A stretch of DNA of 63,301 nucleotides, filler included, from Octopus bimaculoides (GCF_001194135.2; 5 parts of 3 records of this genome joined end to end with filler, not necessarily neighbours in it), one strand, 5' to 3'; counted from the whole stretch's first letter, positions 38,601 through 54,100 are shown. The notes: generated by a model from the sequence alone, not told the origin. Numbers and translations: made by a program.

Positions 38601-41600
38601 TGGACTGGTGTCCCATCCAAGGGGAATATTGCGATCTTGGTCACTTATATGCCATGGAACCCAGGTAGTCAACCGGATGAGTCATAAGACCTGAGGTAGT
38701 AAATATCCAAGGGATTTAATTTACTTTTTTACAATTCACACCCTGGGATAGTAAAACCCTGCTACACTGAATTCTTCATGAAATGTTTAATAATCCCAAA
38801 TTAGGGTTTCTCTTTAAATCAATGTTCCACAGATAAACATGAAAATATAAAGAAAGAAGAATAAACACACACTTTTAAAATGATTTCATACCTTGTCTTC
38901 ACCATGGAGTGGTTCTATACCGGTCACTTTTCTACCTTTTGCATTTTTACCTCTTGTTGATCGAACATGGATCTGAGTAGAATATTTTAGTTGCTAAAAT
39001 AAAAAAAATGAAAAAAAAAAAAAAAATATACAGAAAAAATCAATACTGATAAACTGAAATACAAGATCAAAATGATAATAGTGCTCTCCGTTTGTGATCA
39101 CAATAAACTTATTGCTATTGGTTTGAATATGTCAATATTTTGTTAATTATGTAACCAAAAGTGTTTTGAATAATTCTAACAGCATGAAAGCAAGCTGATT
39201 GATGAGAAAACCAACAAATTATAAAATGATAATGAAATTTCTATTGATTTTAATGCTGCCCAACTAATTGGTTCTTTGTGTTATGTTGCTGGAAATTATC
39301 AGTCATGCTGATCACTCAAGTGTGACAATGCAACAAAACTGAATAAATAACCAAAGTCATTATTTGGTGTAAAATTCAAGGTAGACTGTCCACTGACAAA
39401 GGTAATCTTTAAGTAAAAATAGACAGCATGTATTTTACAGTAAAGTATGTTTTGGGTTAACAATGACAAAACACATTAGAGAGATGTTGTCTAAAATTAT
39501 AACTGAAAATCAAAGTTCTCTTTTGGACTCACCTTGATTAAATGTCTTCTACTGCAGCCTTGGGCTGACCAAAGCATTGTGAGTGGATTTGGTAAATGGA
39601 AACTGAAAGAAGCCCATCATATGTATGTATGTATGTGTGTGTGTGCAGTGGCGGACTGGTCAGGTTGCCAGCTTGCCCAATGGCAAGTGGACCCCTGCGC
39701 CATTAGAATCTATATATAGAGGCCTATCCCCTCAAGTTTGAGAATTTTTTATTCGCTCCCGGAAGAGTGCATTAATTATTTCAGCCTGGCTGTGTTTGTA
39801 GACAGTTAAAAAGAATACTTTTAACAGAAAAAAAAAAAAAAATTAAATGATAGCATTGTAGTTGTGGATGGGTTCCCTTGTAGTAGCAGTTGAGCCCCCT
39901 TAGTCTCCCGGCAACCAATATTTTTAGACCCAGTCCACCACTAATCCATGCAAACATAGAAAACTGGATGTTCAAACAATGGTGATGTATATATTTTAGC
40001 TTTAGTTGATAATTGGTGAGGGCCCATGACTCAGTGGTAAGAGCATTGGGCTCATAATCATGAGGTAGTGAGTTCAATTTCTGGACTGGGCTTTGCATTG
40101 TATTCTTGAGCAAGACATTTTATTTCATATTACTCCAGTTCAGAAATGAGTTGCAATGTCACTGGTGTCACACTGTATCGGCCTTTGCATTTCTCTTGGA
40201 TAACATCAGTGGTGTGGAAAGAGAAGGGCAGTGTGCATGGGCGACTGCTGGTCTTCCACAAACAACCTTGCTCAGACTTGTGCCTCAGAGGGGAACTTTC
40301 TAAGTGTAATTCCATGGTCATTCATGACCAAAGGGGTTTTTTACCCTAACCCTTTTAGATGATAATTAAATATGGGTTAAAAATAAAAGTCAGTTCTTAC
40401 CTCTGTTGTAAAAAATATGCATTTACCATCATAAGTGCCAACTACTGCATATTTCCCATTATTACAGAAGTTAGCAGTTGTGATTAAATTAGACGGACTG
40501 CTCACTTCATTCCATAGAGTCACTTTTTTATCAGGTATATTCCATAACCGTAGTTTGCCATCAAGAGAACCACTTAGAAAGTACCGGTCATCCTGTAATT
40601 GATAAATAAAAGTAAATAGGCAAAAAAAAAGAAGCAAAGAGTGTGTGCAAGTGTGTATGTGCACATATATCTGCATATGTGCATATGTATGTGCATACAT
40701 GAACATATGTATACATGTATGCATATATGTGTGCTTGTACATGTGTATGCATACATGTGTACATGTGAATGTGTGTGCATGGTGTGCATGCATGTGTACA
40801 TGTGTGAGCTTGTACATTCATGTATACATGTGAACACATGAATGTACACGTGTGTGCACACATGCATGTATGCGTTAGTGTGCATGTACATGTGTATGCA
40901 TGTGTGTGTCTTTTATGGACCCTGGGGGGTCCATATAAAATTTTTGTGGGTCCACACAACAAAATCGTAAATTGGGGATCTACAATAGTATTTGAAGGGC
41001 CACTGAAAAAGATTTGGTTTCAGATGTATGTATTGGTTATCTATTGCAAGAAACAGCTAGGTTTCTTTATCTAACATTTGACATAGTTCAACCTACACGA
41101 GTTAATGCATGAAAAGCAAAATAGGACATGTATATAAATATAAACAAACTAACATTTATTCTTTTAGAAGCATCGAAATGTGAATTGTACAATACAAACC
41201 AAAAAGATTTTTTAAAATTTGGAATGCAAAATTGCTGTTAGAACACCAGAAATTCTGGGTAAATTACCCTTACATGGCTTCCAGAATTTCTGGTGTTCTA
41301 ATGGCAATTATGGGTTCGAAAAAAAAAAAAGAAAAAGATATCTTCTTGATTGTATTATACGAAACAGGAATTTTGAAAGAAGTTTCTATAAAACTGGTTT
41401 TTAAACATTGAGTGGCTATGGGGGTTCACCAGAATAAAATAGTAATCAAAGGGAATACATAGAAACCTAGCTGAAAGCTGACTCACCTTAGGGTGAAACA
41501 CAATAGCTGTAACAAAGTCAATATGCTGGAAAGTACATAAACATTCCCGTCGCGATATATGCCATAGCCGTACTGTTTTATCCATTGATGATGACAGAAT

Positions 41601-44600
41601 GAAATAGTTCTAAAGAATAGAAAAAATGAAAATACAAAATAAAAAATTGGATTTAATTAACCCCTTCATTACCATATTTCTGTTGAGATACTCTGTGTTT
41701 GTTTCAATTAATTTTAAATAAAACAAAGTAAAATAACTGTTATTATTAAGTTAGTGTTGGGAACATAAATTAAGACAAAGTGGAAGATTTTAATTCAGAA
41801 TTTTTGAAAACAAGACATTTGTACTACAGAATTTGGGGTGGGAGTGGGGCTCTTAGCCAGGCTGGTATCAAAAAGATTAATTAGATCACTGAAAAAGAAA
41901 TCAGTGGTAATTGAAATGTCTCAAAATGTTGTTTTTTACTAATTAGAAACTTTCTAAAAGTAAATTAGAAAATCATTAAATATGTGAGGAATTTCTAATG
42001 GTTTAAAATTTTGAAGAGTTTGATAGCAGTTAAGTCATTTTTAGATTGGACCTAACTGCTATTTGGCATTGTAAAACATATTTGCAGAAAATTAAAAGAA
42101 GATTCCTAGTTATCGATTCTTAACTGTAAAAAGAACACAAACAAAATCAAGAATAGAAATAATAGGGATAGGGCGCTGAAGAACAGCTGATAATTTAGGG
42201 TCCCAGAATAAGTCATTAGAATGTCACAGGAAAGAATTACAAGATGAATTCTTTAAACTAAGCCATTTTAGCAGGAAACTTGAGAGCAGAGCAAGAATGA
42301 AATGGTTGGGAATCTAGTTGGAAAAGAATAACAGTTGCTTCTGGTAAGACCCTATGGAGGAGATGCTAAAGGACTCTACACCAACAACTCTCCCAGGAAT
42401 AGCGGGCAGAGAAAATGGATGAATGGACAATAAGTGAACACGTCACCAATATAATAAAGAGAATGGGTTGAACAGGCAATTTATTTATTTGAAAGTTTCC
42501 TTTAAAAAGCACCCAGTACATGTTTTAAAGTGGTTTGCATTAAGGGGATCCAGCTGTAGAAACCACACCTAAGCAGACACTGGAGCTCATTGTGGTCCTT
42601 TGACCCATCAGATCTTGTCAAACCATCCAATCCATGCCAGCAAGGAACACAGGCATTAAATGAAGACTTGAAAGAATGAGACGGAAGAGAATTTCAAAGT
42701 CTGGCAGGTCGAGGAAAGAAAGTTATGACCATTGAAAGATGGCCTTATTCATGGAAGCACAACAACATTTGGATGAAGATGCTGTGAGTTTCAAGTCCGG
42801 TGAGTTGGCACAAAGTGATCTAGAACTAAGAGCACTTCCTGTGGTAATAACGATAGGAAAGGCGGTGAGCTGGCAGAACCGTTAGCATGCCGGGCAAAAT
42901 GCTTAGCAGTATTTTGTCTGCCGCTACATTCTGAGTTCAAATTCTGCCGAGGTCGACTTTGCCTTTCATCCTTTCGGGGTCAGTTAAATAAGTACCAGTT
43001 ATGCACTGGGGTCGATGTAATTAGCTTAATCCCTTTGTCTGTCCTTGTTTGTCTCTTCTATGTTTAGCCCCCTTGTGGGCAATAAAGAAATAAATAACGA
43101 TAGAAAAGACTAAAACTGGCATCACCATACTGATGTGACAAGCACTGCAGAGTTGAAGCAAGAGAGGGACCAATTCAAATTAGAGACCCAGTTAAGGAGA
43201 TCCAAGTGACAAAATGGCGCACCTGCCCAATATTCATTTATTCTTTTACTTGTTTCAGTCATTTGACTGCAGCCATGCTGGAGCATTCCCTCGAGGGGTT
43301 TTAGTTGAATGAATCGACTCCAGGACTTATTCTTTAAGCCTAGTACTTATTCTATCATTGCTAAGTTATGGGGACGTAAACACACCAACACCGGTTGTCA
43401 AGCAGTGATGGAGGGACGAACACAGACACAAAGACACATACACACACACACATTGATATAAATACATATATATATACAAGGGGCTTCTTTCAATTTCAGT
43501 CTACCAAATCCACTCACAAGCAGAACTAATAAAGGTAAGGAAAATGTGTCGTTCTTGCAAATTTCAAAATATTTTCCTTCAATTCTTATATGTTGCTGAA
43601 ATGTAAATCTAATTAGAGTTTCTAATTAAAACAACAATAATTTGAAAATACTCAAAAGTTGTGGAAGGTTAGAAATATTAGAAAGAATATCAAATTTCAG
43701 TTTTAAAAAACATGTTTGGAATATTATCAAACAAACTTCTCCAAGTTTGGCATTTAGTTTGTCTTAATGAACATTACCTAGTTAGGCTGTAAGAAAGCAG
43801 AAAGCTACCTTGGACCATGAAATATCTAATAGATCAGCAGAATGTCCTCTATAGGTGCAGAAAGGCTTTTTCACAAATGGAGCATTTTTGTATTCATCTT
43901 CAGTTTGTCCAATTCCCTGAAAACATGAAAAAACCACAAATAATAACTGAAACGTGAAACAAATACTTTAGACAACATTTTCAAACAATAATTTAAAAGA
44001 ACATGTCAATCACTTGAGAGGTATTAAACATTTCAATAATCAAATGAAATTGAATTAATTTAATGATTTTTCTAATTAAGGCACAAGGCCAGCAATTTTT
44101 GAAGGAAGGGATAAAGTTCATTACATCGACCCCAGTACTTGACTGATACTTTATTTTATCTGCCCCAAAAGGATGAAAGGCAAATTTGATTTCAGCAGAA
44201 TTTGAACTCAGAATGTGAAGCCAGAAAAAATGCTGCTCAGTATTTTGTTTCATGTGCTAATGATTCTTCCAGTTCACCATCTTGTATTAATTGAATAAGA
44301 AATCGTAGTCTTGGCCGATGAGTGAAAGGTTTTTGTATTTATTACAATAAAAACATGAAAATCAGTTAAGAAAGAAATATCAATGCATTTACTTTTTTAT
44401 CCAAATTGGAAGTTTCAGAGGATGTGGTGGAATCCAAACTTTCCCGGGATGTAGAGGGGGACATCTTATCTAAAATTATAGGAAAAATAACAAACATTAC
44501 AATTAGAAGCTGTTAGAAGTTTTTTTCGAAAAGCATTAAAAACAGTGTATTTCATGTTGAGACGGAAAGCATTTTGTGCTGATAGAGGGAGTATTTCATG

Positions 44601-47600
44601 TTGATACAGGGAGTATATTGTGTTGAAACAAGGAGTATTTCGTGCTGATACACTGAAAACACTGGGAACAGGTTATCAACAGTGGTGTCTGTGGGGAACA
44701 TGTAGATTAAATTGAGAAGTAAGAGAATTTGTTGCTTTGAAAAATTCAGTTTCTTTTTGGCCAAACCTTGTATGTGTACATGTGTGTGCATGCCAAGTGA
44801 AATCGTAGTTATGGCCGATGCCAGTGTCACGTGACAGGCACCCATGCTGGTGGCACATAAATGCACTCATTCCAGTGGCACGTAAAAAGCACCCACTACA
44901 CTCTTGGAGTGGTTGGCATTAGGAAGGGCATCCAGCTGTAGAAACCATGCCAAATCAGACTGGAATCCGGTGCAGCTCTCCAGCTTACTAGTTCCAGTCA
45001 AACCATCTAACCTATGCCAGCATGGAACATAGATGCTAAATGATGATGATGATGCATGCATGTGTATGTGTGTGTGTGTGTGTGTGTGTGTATACCAGTG
45101 TAACTTCCTTATGATATCTACTCTTCAGTGGGCAGGTCACTGGCTTTTCAAGGAGAGCCATACCTTCAGATTAACTCAGCTGTTCGATAAATAGAGATTA
45201 ATAAAAGGATGAACAGACTAAATAAGGGGTTCAATATCATTGACTAATATCCCTTGAAGGTGCTGCCCCAACATGACCATAACTCACTTGCTGAAACCAG
45301 TAAATAAGAATAAAAGAATGATATACCTGCATACTTTTGACCCATATCTTCGAAATAAAGATAGGCATTTTTTAGAATCCAGATTCTCAGAACACTGTCC
45401 TGCCCACCAGTAGCCTGAAATTTTAAGACAAGATATTTGAGATAATTCTTAAATTTGAAAAATTCTTTGAAAAAAATCATTAAAACCATTTTTTTATTCC
45501 GTCTGCCTTAGCGAAGGCGGAGGTATTGTTTGTCCATGGACAAGATATCTCAAGAGCCAATGAATCGATTCAGATGAAACTTTCAGGGATGTTTGGCCTC
45601 ATGACAGGCACAAACTGATTAGATTTTGGGATCAATCTGGTACTGGACAAGAGAGCAGAAACTTTGGCCAAGGCAACACCAATGTCCTCTCAACAATTAG
45701 CCAGAGATGATTTTTAAAATGAGAATATCTGAAATAAACTTGACTGCTCTCACAAACGAAAATACTAAAGATGAACCCAACGGCTCTCAAAAATTAAGTA
45801 AAAAAAAAAACCCAGAAAAATAACCCAGAATCCTTGTCTGGTACCAGATTGATCCCAAAATCTAATCAGTTCATGCCAGTCACAAGGCAAAACATCCCTG
45901 AAAGTTTCAACTAAATCCATCCAGTGGTTCTTGAGATATCTTGTCCACAAACAAACAAACACAACTGAAAACAATACCTCCAACTTCGCTAAGGTGGAGA
46001 TGACAAGAGCTTCAGCCAAAAGATATAACATTTGTTACTTGGAAAATAAAATATTAATGATAAACTTTACAATTGTCTTCTAAAATTTTGTAATCAATGA
46101 AAAATACTCACCAGTAAACGTCCACAAGGCGAGAATTTCATGGTCCAGATTGCATTCTATAAACAGAATAAAATTTATGAAAACAAGATGAACTCCATGA
46201 AAATATTCAAAAGTGATAATATTGGATTCAAATTTTGGCACAAAGTCAGCAATTTCGGAGGAGGGTTTAAGTCGATTACATTGACCTCAGTACTCAACTG
46301 GTACTTATGTTATCAACCCCTAAAGGATGAAAGGCAAAGTCGACCGTGACAAAATTTGAACTCAGAATGTAAAGATAAACAAAATGCTGCTAAGCATTTT
46401 GGTCAGCATGCTAACAATTCTGCCAGCTCCCTGCCTCACTCAAACACAATAATATTAACAAGTTCAATATTCATCTACAGATGCAGTGCTTAGACACCAT
46501 TGTCAGTGTTGTGTCCTAGAGTCACTGGGCTTGTTGTTTCAGGCCTTACAACATACACCCTTGTCCAGGCAACCTGACCTAGGTTGATCAAACTGAGGTC
46601 AGTGTCCAAGTGGTTTCCTACTGACAGCATCAATCACCTTTTTTCAACCCAAACCTTCTACACACTTTCTCAGCAGCCTTTATGCTGTTCTCGATAATTG
46701 TTCTTCAGTAAGCTTCAGAAATGTCTAGAGTTTCATAGGCCTTACTCAAATTATGACCTACAAATCCTTGATTACCAATCTCTACCAGCAAATATCTTGT
46801 TCTTTACCCATTCTTGTGGTAGTCCTCTACCAACTCCTGTTACTTGTTTCTCTTCCTCTCTCGAGCTTCCGCCATCCTTTCTTTCCATGGCACAAATATA
46901 CAACGTGTTTGGGATTAATTTGACAGTTTGCATAAAAATGAAAAGAAAACACATCCCATCCAAAAACAGAAGTATTTTTAAAATAATCAAAAAAATATCA
47001 ACTAGATTATGGCTGGGATATAACAGTTTACTCAAAGTAGCTGCCCTCAGCTTACACCACGACCTCAAGACAGCTGCAGAACCTGACACATGCATTCCTC
47101 ATTGTGTCCCTGGGAAGATCTTAGCCTCCAGTTTGACCTAAGTGTTGCAGGCAGAGCAGATGGTGTCTTTCTTTACTTTGCTCCACACATAGTAATCCAT
47201 GGGAAATGGGAGGCCAGAAATTGGGTCTGGAGGAGTCATAGAAATTCTCTTGACAACTACTTCTATCTCTTTCCAGAGGTATGGCAAAGAGCCAAATCCT
47301 GCTGCCACACATATGGTGATCCAGCAGCAATTCTCTCCAGCCAGGGATTGACCAATCTCTAGCAGCTTCACATAGCGACCTGAATTGAGTCTACAGCCCT
47401 GTTCAAAGGTTTTGAGAGACATGACATCACCCTTACTAGGGACAAACACAAAGGCCATCACAGTTTGGGGGAACTTGGTTTTCATGATAAGTGGGACATC
47501 CCATGGATTGTAGGTAATTTACCTGGTATTCTCGGTGTTGTGCAACTGGTCCTGGCAGAAGTTCTTTTCATCTGAGAAGAACCAGATCATCCCTGGTTCA

Positions 47601-48920
47601 ACAGGATGCCTCGGCTAGTTCAGGAGTTTCTTTGCCTTTGTCAAGCAGTTCTCCTTGGCCTTGGCTGTCAGAATTTGTCCCTTGCCCCTCTTGTATGAGT
47701 GGTAGTGAAGGTTCTCATTCAGGGCAAGCTTCATAGTGGTGACTCCAACACCCAGCTCTCTGGCCAAAGACTGGATTCCCTTGCTTGGATCTTCTATCAT
47801 CCTCTTCTGCAATTGTTGGATGAACACCAGCATGCAGATGCAGTCAGAATGCCAGCTGCATCTCTTCTTGCTAACCACAGCTTTGTTGTCTCTGCTGCAA
47901 CTGTTCATGTTATGTTTTACAGGCTTTGCAGTGTTCACAAAGCATTAGGCAGCAATCCTGATGTTGGTATTTCGACACCCAACGCAAATCATCACGACAC
48001 ATGTAACTCCTTCCCAATATCCAAATGGCTTCCAGTCCTCCAGGTCAGCTAACTTTTTCTGAATTACAACTTCAATATTTATGTTCTCCAACGCTGTTGA
48101 CTGTTCACCAATACATCCAGCTGTTCCTTAAAATAGGAGGCATAAAAATAATCATCAAATTTAGCCTGGATACTCTGTATTGATAGAAATTATAACATTT
48201 ATAATCTCTGCAAGTATATTCCAAAGATATTTTTAACAATACCATCCTAGAAACAATTTAATATTTGTGAAAAAGACAATTAGTTAAACATTCGAATTAC
48301 GTAGAGCATTACTTTCCTTTGTTACAGTACAGCCACGATCCTAAACATAAACCTTTCTTCCATATCCTTTCGCTCTCTCTTTTTTTTTTTTTTGCTGCTA
48401 GTTTTGTTTCTGTTACTGAAACTCAGGAGAGATTTCTCTAGATGCAACTATGAACGTTGGTACCCATAACATTTTATAAGTTACCCTCTCTAGAAAACAT
48501 GATAGTAATAGGTTTAACACCATCTCATGGCTCTTGGGTACTTGCCTTATCGAAGTGCTTAGGCTGATAATGAAGTCTCCAGTGGGAAGACAACAAAGCC
48601 CTCGATGTGCAATGTTTGCTGTAAACCTTTTCCATGATAATACCATTGAATGCTGGAGGGTACTTGTGGAAAAGATTCCTAATTGAGGTTTACTGACAGC
48701 TAAGGCAAAGGTTTGAACTTGGCAGAATTTGAACTCAGAATGTAAAGACAGACGAAATACTGTTAAGCATTTTGCCCAGCTCGCTGCCTTGAAAGTAGAT
48801 ATTGGAACCGAATGCAGTCCATGGGCCCATCAGATCCTGCCAAAACATCCAACCAATGCCAGCATGGAACATGGATGTAATGATCTTTCTAAGGTCTCAT
48901 TGCAGGAATCATGTGCAAGG

Positions 48921-48970
<50 letters not shown>

Positions 48971-51142
48971 TATAACAATAATCATGAAACATGACTTCAA
49001 AGTGTCGGTAAGCAGAGCAAAGATAATGTTAATATTACCGAGTGTTCTCCACTCAAGTCCTGAAGAAGTCTTGGCTGAGAAAAATCCCATGGTCCCTTGT
49101 TACTGCTGGATACTTTAATCTGAAAAAAGTAAATTTGTATTTCTTTTATTCCATAAGTCAACATATTTAATCACAATCATTCATCAAACACTGTTTTACA
49201 ATAGCATCAGAATAACAACAATATAAAAAATTTAAACCAATGACATTGCTTCAACTCATTCCCTGGTCCTTCCTGCATTTGTGTACAAGAGCATTTGTTT
49301 GTATATAGTGCTGTTGTTGTTGTTGTTGCTGCTTCAACTTGAAACACAGACACCTACCAACACTGATTTCCTAGAATGGCCACTCTACTAACTGACACAA
49401 AGTCAATCACCAACACACCCCAGTCTCCATCCTACTGTGCTCCTCTTTCTGCTTTTATTACTGGTACCACAATGGTCTATGCTCCATAGAACTTGTTGCT
49501 TATGCTCAAGCTCAGTCCTCAGCAAGCATGCTTATGATGAAATGTATTCAAAGTGGCATGTATATTTTTTTGTAGAGTACAAATTTATTATTCTTAATAT
49601 ACCAAATGCTTATGTACACACATACAGAATTAAATCTGACTTAAATCTAAAAGAAATAAAATGCAAAACAACCTTATATATCTTGCCATCAATGGAATAT
49701 TCCTCTTCAATGCCAGCTTCATCCCCTTGAAGAACTGAAAAATAAATATATCCATGTTAAAAATGTTAACATCCTATCATATAGAAGAATGTAATGGAGG
49801 ACTCAACTCACAACTGAAATAAATATTTCTGATCTATGATATTAAGTTTTGGGATTTTATTTTGAAATTTGGATTATTTGGCATTGCTGGTCACAGATCT
49901 CCAACAAACTAACCATAACTTCACTGATACCATGATTAGGAAGTGTCACCAGCTTTTCAATTGTCTGCCAATATACATCAGAGAAACATACATACATATA
50001 TATATATATACATAAATGCTGGCACTCTGTCAGTTATGAATATGAAGATTCCAGTTGAACCAATCCATGGAACAGCCTGCTTGTGAAATTAATGTGCAAA
50101 TGGCTGAGTGCACCACAGACACACATGCCCTTAACATAGTTCTCGGGGAGATTCAGCATGACACAGAATGTGACAAGGCTGGCCCTTTTGAATTACTGGT
50201 ACAACTCATTTTTGCCAGCTGAGTGAGCTGGAGCAACATGAAATAAAGTATCTTGCTCAAGGACACAACACACTGCTGGGAATTGAACTCATGACCTTAC
50301 GATTGCAAGCCAAACACTCTAACCACTAACCCATGTGCCTTCACTTACATAAATGCACACCCGATCACACAGATATACACAGACACATACACACACACAC
50401 ACACACACACAAATGATGGCTGCTTCCCTGTTCTTGAGTATAGCCATCATCATCATCATTATTTAACGTATGTTGTCCATGCTGGCATGGGTTGGATGGG
50501 TTGACTGGGCTGGCACACTGGAAGGCTGCACCAGGCACCAGTCTGATTTGGCATGGTTTTCTACAGCTGGGTGCCCTTCCTAACACCAACCACTCCGAGA
50601 TTGTAATGGCTGCCCAACCAGTTGCAGTTTCTTCTCAATCCTTTTCCAAGATGTTAGCTTTCTTCAGCTCTGTGGCCTGCCAGATCCTGTCAGCCGATTT
50701 AACTTAATCCAGCATGGTAAATGGACCTAAATGATGATGATGCTAATGCACCATCTTCCACAAACATTAAAACTAAACAAAGTAGCTTTTGAATCTGGGA
50801 AATCTAGGACTAAATAAGAATAAAACAACGAAAGAGAATTCCATACCTTTTTTACTTTGATCTGCTACTGATTTCACACGATTCATGGTTTTGCCAACAG
50901 TTTTTCCGATAAACTTCTTAATTTTTGTACTACAAAGGAATTTCAAAATTATAAAGAAACACTTATATTAAGTGACAGAGAATTCTGGAAATCTTTCGAT
51001 TTCAAATTTTTTTTTCATACAGCATCAGACCACTGCCAGCACAGCTACAACTATCACCACCATCACCACCACTATTAACCTCACCTCAACCACAACTACC
51101 ACTTAGTTATACAACATTCTGGTGTATAACAATGCGTCAATA

Positions 51143-51177
<35 letters not shown>

Positions 51178-54100
51178 CAATGTGTTCTTTGTCTATCTCC
51201 TTAACTTCTTGGAGATTTTAGGTATAATTATACTAATGTGTCCATCTGTTCTAATTTAATTAAGTTCTATGTCTTTGTGCAGCTGAGGATTGCTCTGCAT
51301 TTTAAATTGATGTAATGATTGCATTGTTCAATTAAATGGAGTTGCATGAAACAATTGTACTACATTACCTCTGGATATCCTTGTTGCTTATTTTTATATA
51401 TATATATATATATATANNNNNNNNNNNNNNNNNNNNNNNNNNNNNNNNNNNNNNNNNNNNNNNNNNNNNNNNNNNNNNNNNNNNNNNNNNNNNNNNNNNN
51501 NNNNNNNNNNNNNNNNNNNNNNNNNNNNNNNNNNNNNNNNNNNNNNNNNNNNNNNATATACAGGGGTTGGACAAAATAATGGAAACACCTAGCATCATAA
51601 TTTTGAAATACCTATAAAACCGTCAAAAGCTTGTTTATTTTTATGTTTTTTGATTTATCATTAGTGTTGCTTAATATGTTTTTCTAAAATTGCTTTCTTT
51701 TCAGATATCATCAGCAAAAGGTAATTAAAATTCATTAAAATGACAGATCTATCAGACTTTCAAAGAGGTCAAATTGTTGGTGCTCATATGGCAGGCGCTA
51801 GCGAAACAAAAACAGCTGAAATGTTTGTTGTATCAAGAAGTACTGTCTTGAAATTAATGACAGCCTTTAAGAAGGAGGGAAAAACCTCATCGAAACAAAA
51901 CTCCAGAAGAAAACCAAAACTTTCAGATAGGGACTGTCAGACTCTTACTCAAACAAGCAAAAGAAGATAAACTGAGATGAATCCAATAATGTATTTAACC
52001 CAGAGACAATGAAATGCCTACATGTAGACTCTTATTAAGCTGACAATCCAGTAATTTATCTTTTTGGTCAATAATTGATTCCACTTGAGTGTCCACTTGC
52101 AGGTTGGGAATTTAGCGTCAGCAATTTTTAAAATATTTTTTACTGCGTTCAACACATTTTATTCTACCTTCCTCAGTTCGTTTAGCTGTAGGGAATAGTT
52201 ACTAGAACTCAGTGAACTTTCAAAAAAGGGACAAGCATCCTAGCCAGAGAAAGAATTTTCTCTCTCTCTCTCTTTACTACAATAAAAATTGAAATTAAAT
52301 ACTAAATAGTTAAAACCTAAAGCATGGTCAATGTGAACATCAATAAGTTAACAACGGCAGATAAAATGTGGATGAGAATCAAACACTAGAGGGTAGGTAT
52401 CATAAGGGGGTAGGAATGGATTAAGTAGTTAACACAGGGTGGATAATATTCTTTTCTTTTCTACTCTAGGCACAAGACTCAAAATTTTTGGGGAGGGGAC
52501 CCAGTTGATTAGATTGACCGCAGTATGCAACTGGTACTTAATTTATCAACCCTGAAAGGATGAAAGGCAAAGTTGACCTCGATGGAATTTGAACTCAGAA
52601 CATAAAGACAGCCGAAATACCACTAAGTATTTCGCCCAGCATGCTAACGTTTCTTATTTCTTTACTGCCCACAAGGAGCTACACAGAGGGGACAGAGGGG
52701 TTTGCAACATTTTGCTTGTCGTGCTAACAATTCTAGCAGGTTGTCCCCACACCTTTTCTAATATTGGTCAAAAACATTTTAAGCCCTCAAAGTTACTACT
52801 AATGCTCGCTTCACACACTCACTGACGATAATCTCTTCTGGTGATTTCAGATATATATATATAGGCACAGGAGTGGCTGTGTAGTAAGAAGCTTGCTTCC
52901 CAACCACATGGTTCTGGATTCAGCATTTTGTCCATCTTTACATTCTGACTTCAAATCCTGTTAGGGTCAACTTTGCCTTTCATTCTTTCGGGGTTGATAA
53001 AATAAGCACCAGCTGAGCACTGGGGTCGATGTAATGAGCACTGGGATCGACTCTTTTCTTGAAATTGCTGGCTTTGTGCCAAAAGTTGAAACCAATAGTA
53101 GAAAAGATGAAGATTGTTTCTTTGACATATACACCCACTGTGTCTTTGTGCTGATGAAGGAGACAAGATAGTCATGTCTATATTGAAGAAAGCTGTTAAG
53201 AATTTTGTCCATGGAGGTAGTGCAAGTTTGACACAAGTTGTCTCGGTTGAAGGCGGCAAGGCATATGCATGGAAAGTTGAAGGGGGTGTGAAAAGTGCTA
53301 CCATTTCTAGAGACATGAGCATTACAGAGTGACGGAAAAGAAGTCGTTAATATAGAGGAGGGAGTATGTGCGTAGTAACGCAAACAAACCCCTGGGGCAC
53401 TTCTGAGTTGTTGCAGCACAGGTCAGAGAAATTTCCCATGAGGCATACTGGCAGTCCGATACAAAGCTTCCTATCCAAGAGAGAAAACCAGGATGAAACT
53501 GAAAGGTAAGTATTTTAATCAAGACAGTTTTATGTTGGACATAGTGAAATGCTTTGATGATATAAGTGCAACAGCATTTTTTTTTTGCCAAATTTCTTAA
53601 AATCAAGTGAACATTGGTGAGTGATGTAGTGAGCTTCATTGATGACCTGGTAGGTATTAAGGAAGGTGATGGACTCAAGGTGTTGGAGATGACTGTTAAT
53701 GGCTGTTTCTATCAGCTTACAGATATATAATCAAATGTTTTCCAGTTATGACTATCTTTTTCAGGGTTACGTAGAAATACATAGTCTTATATATCTTTTC
53801 TTATGTAAGCCAGTGTAGGATATGATCTGAAAGGGACTTGCTATTTTTAACATCTCAAACATGCATGAGATGAGCTCCTTTGTTCATCATCACCATCATT
53901 TAACGTCCGTTGTTCATGCTGGCATGGGTTGGACGGATTGACCAAGGCTGCTAAGCTGAGAGGCCACACCAGACTCCAGTCTGATTTGGCACGGCTTCTA
54001 CAGCTGGATGCCCTTCCTAATGCCAACCACTCCGAGAATGTAATGGGTGCTGTTGCGTGCCACCAGCACAGGTGCCAGTTGCAGGACACCAGTGTCTGCC

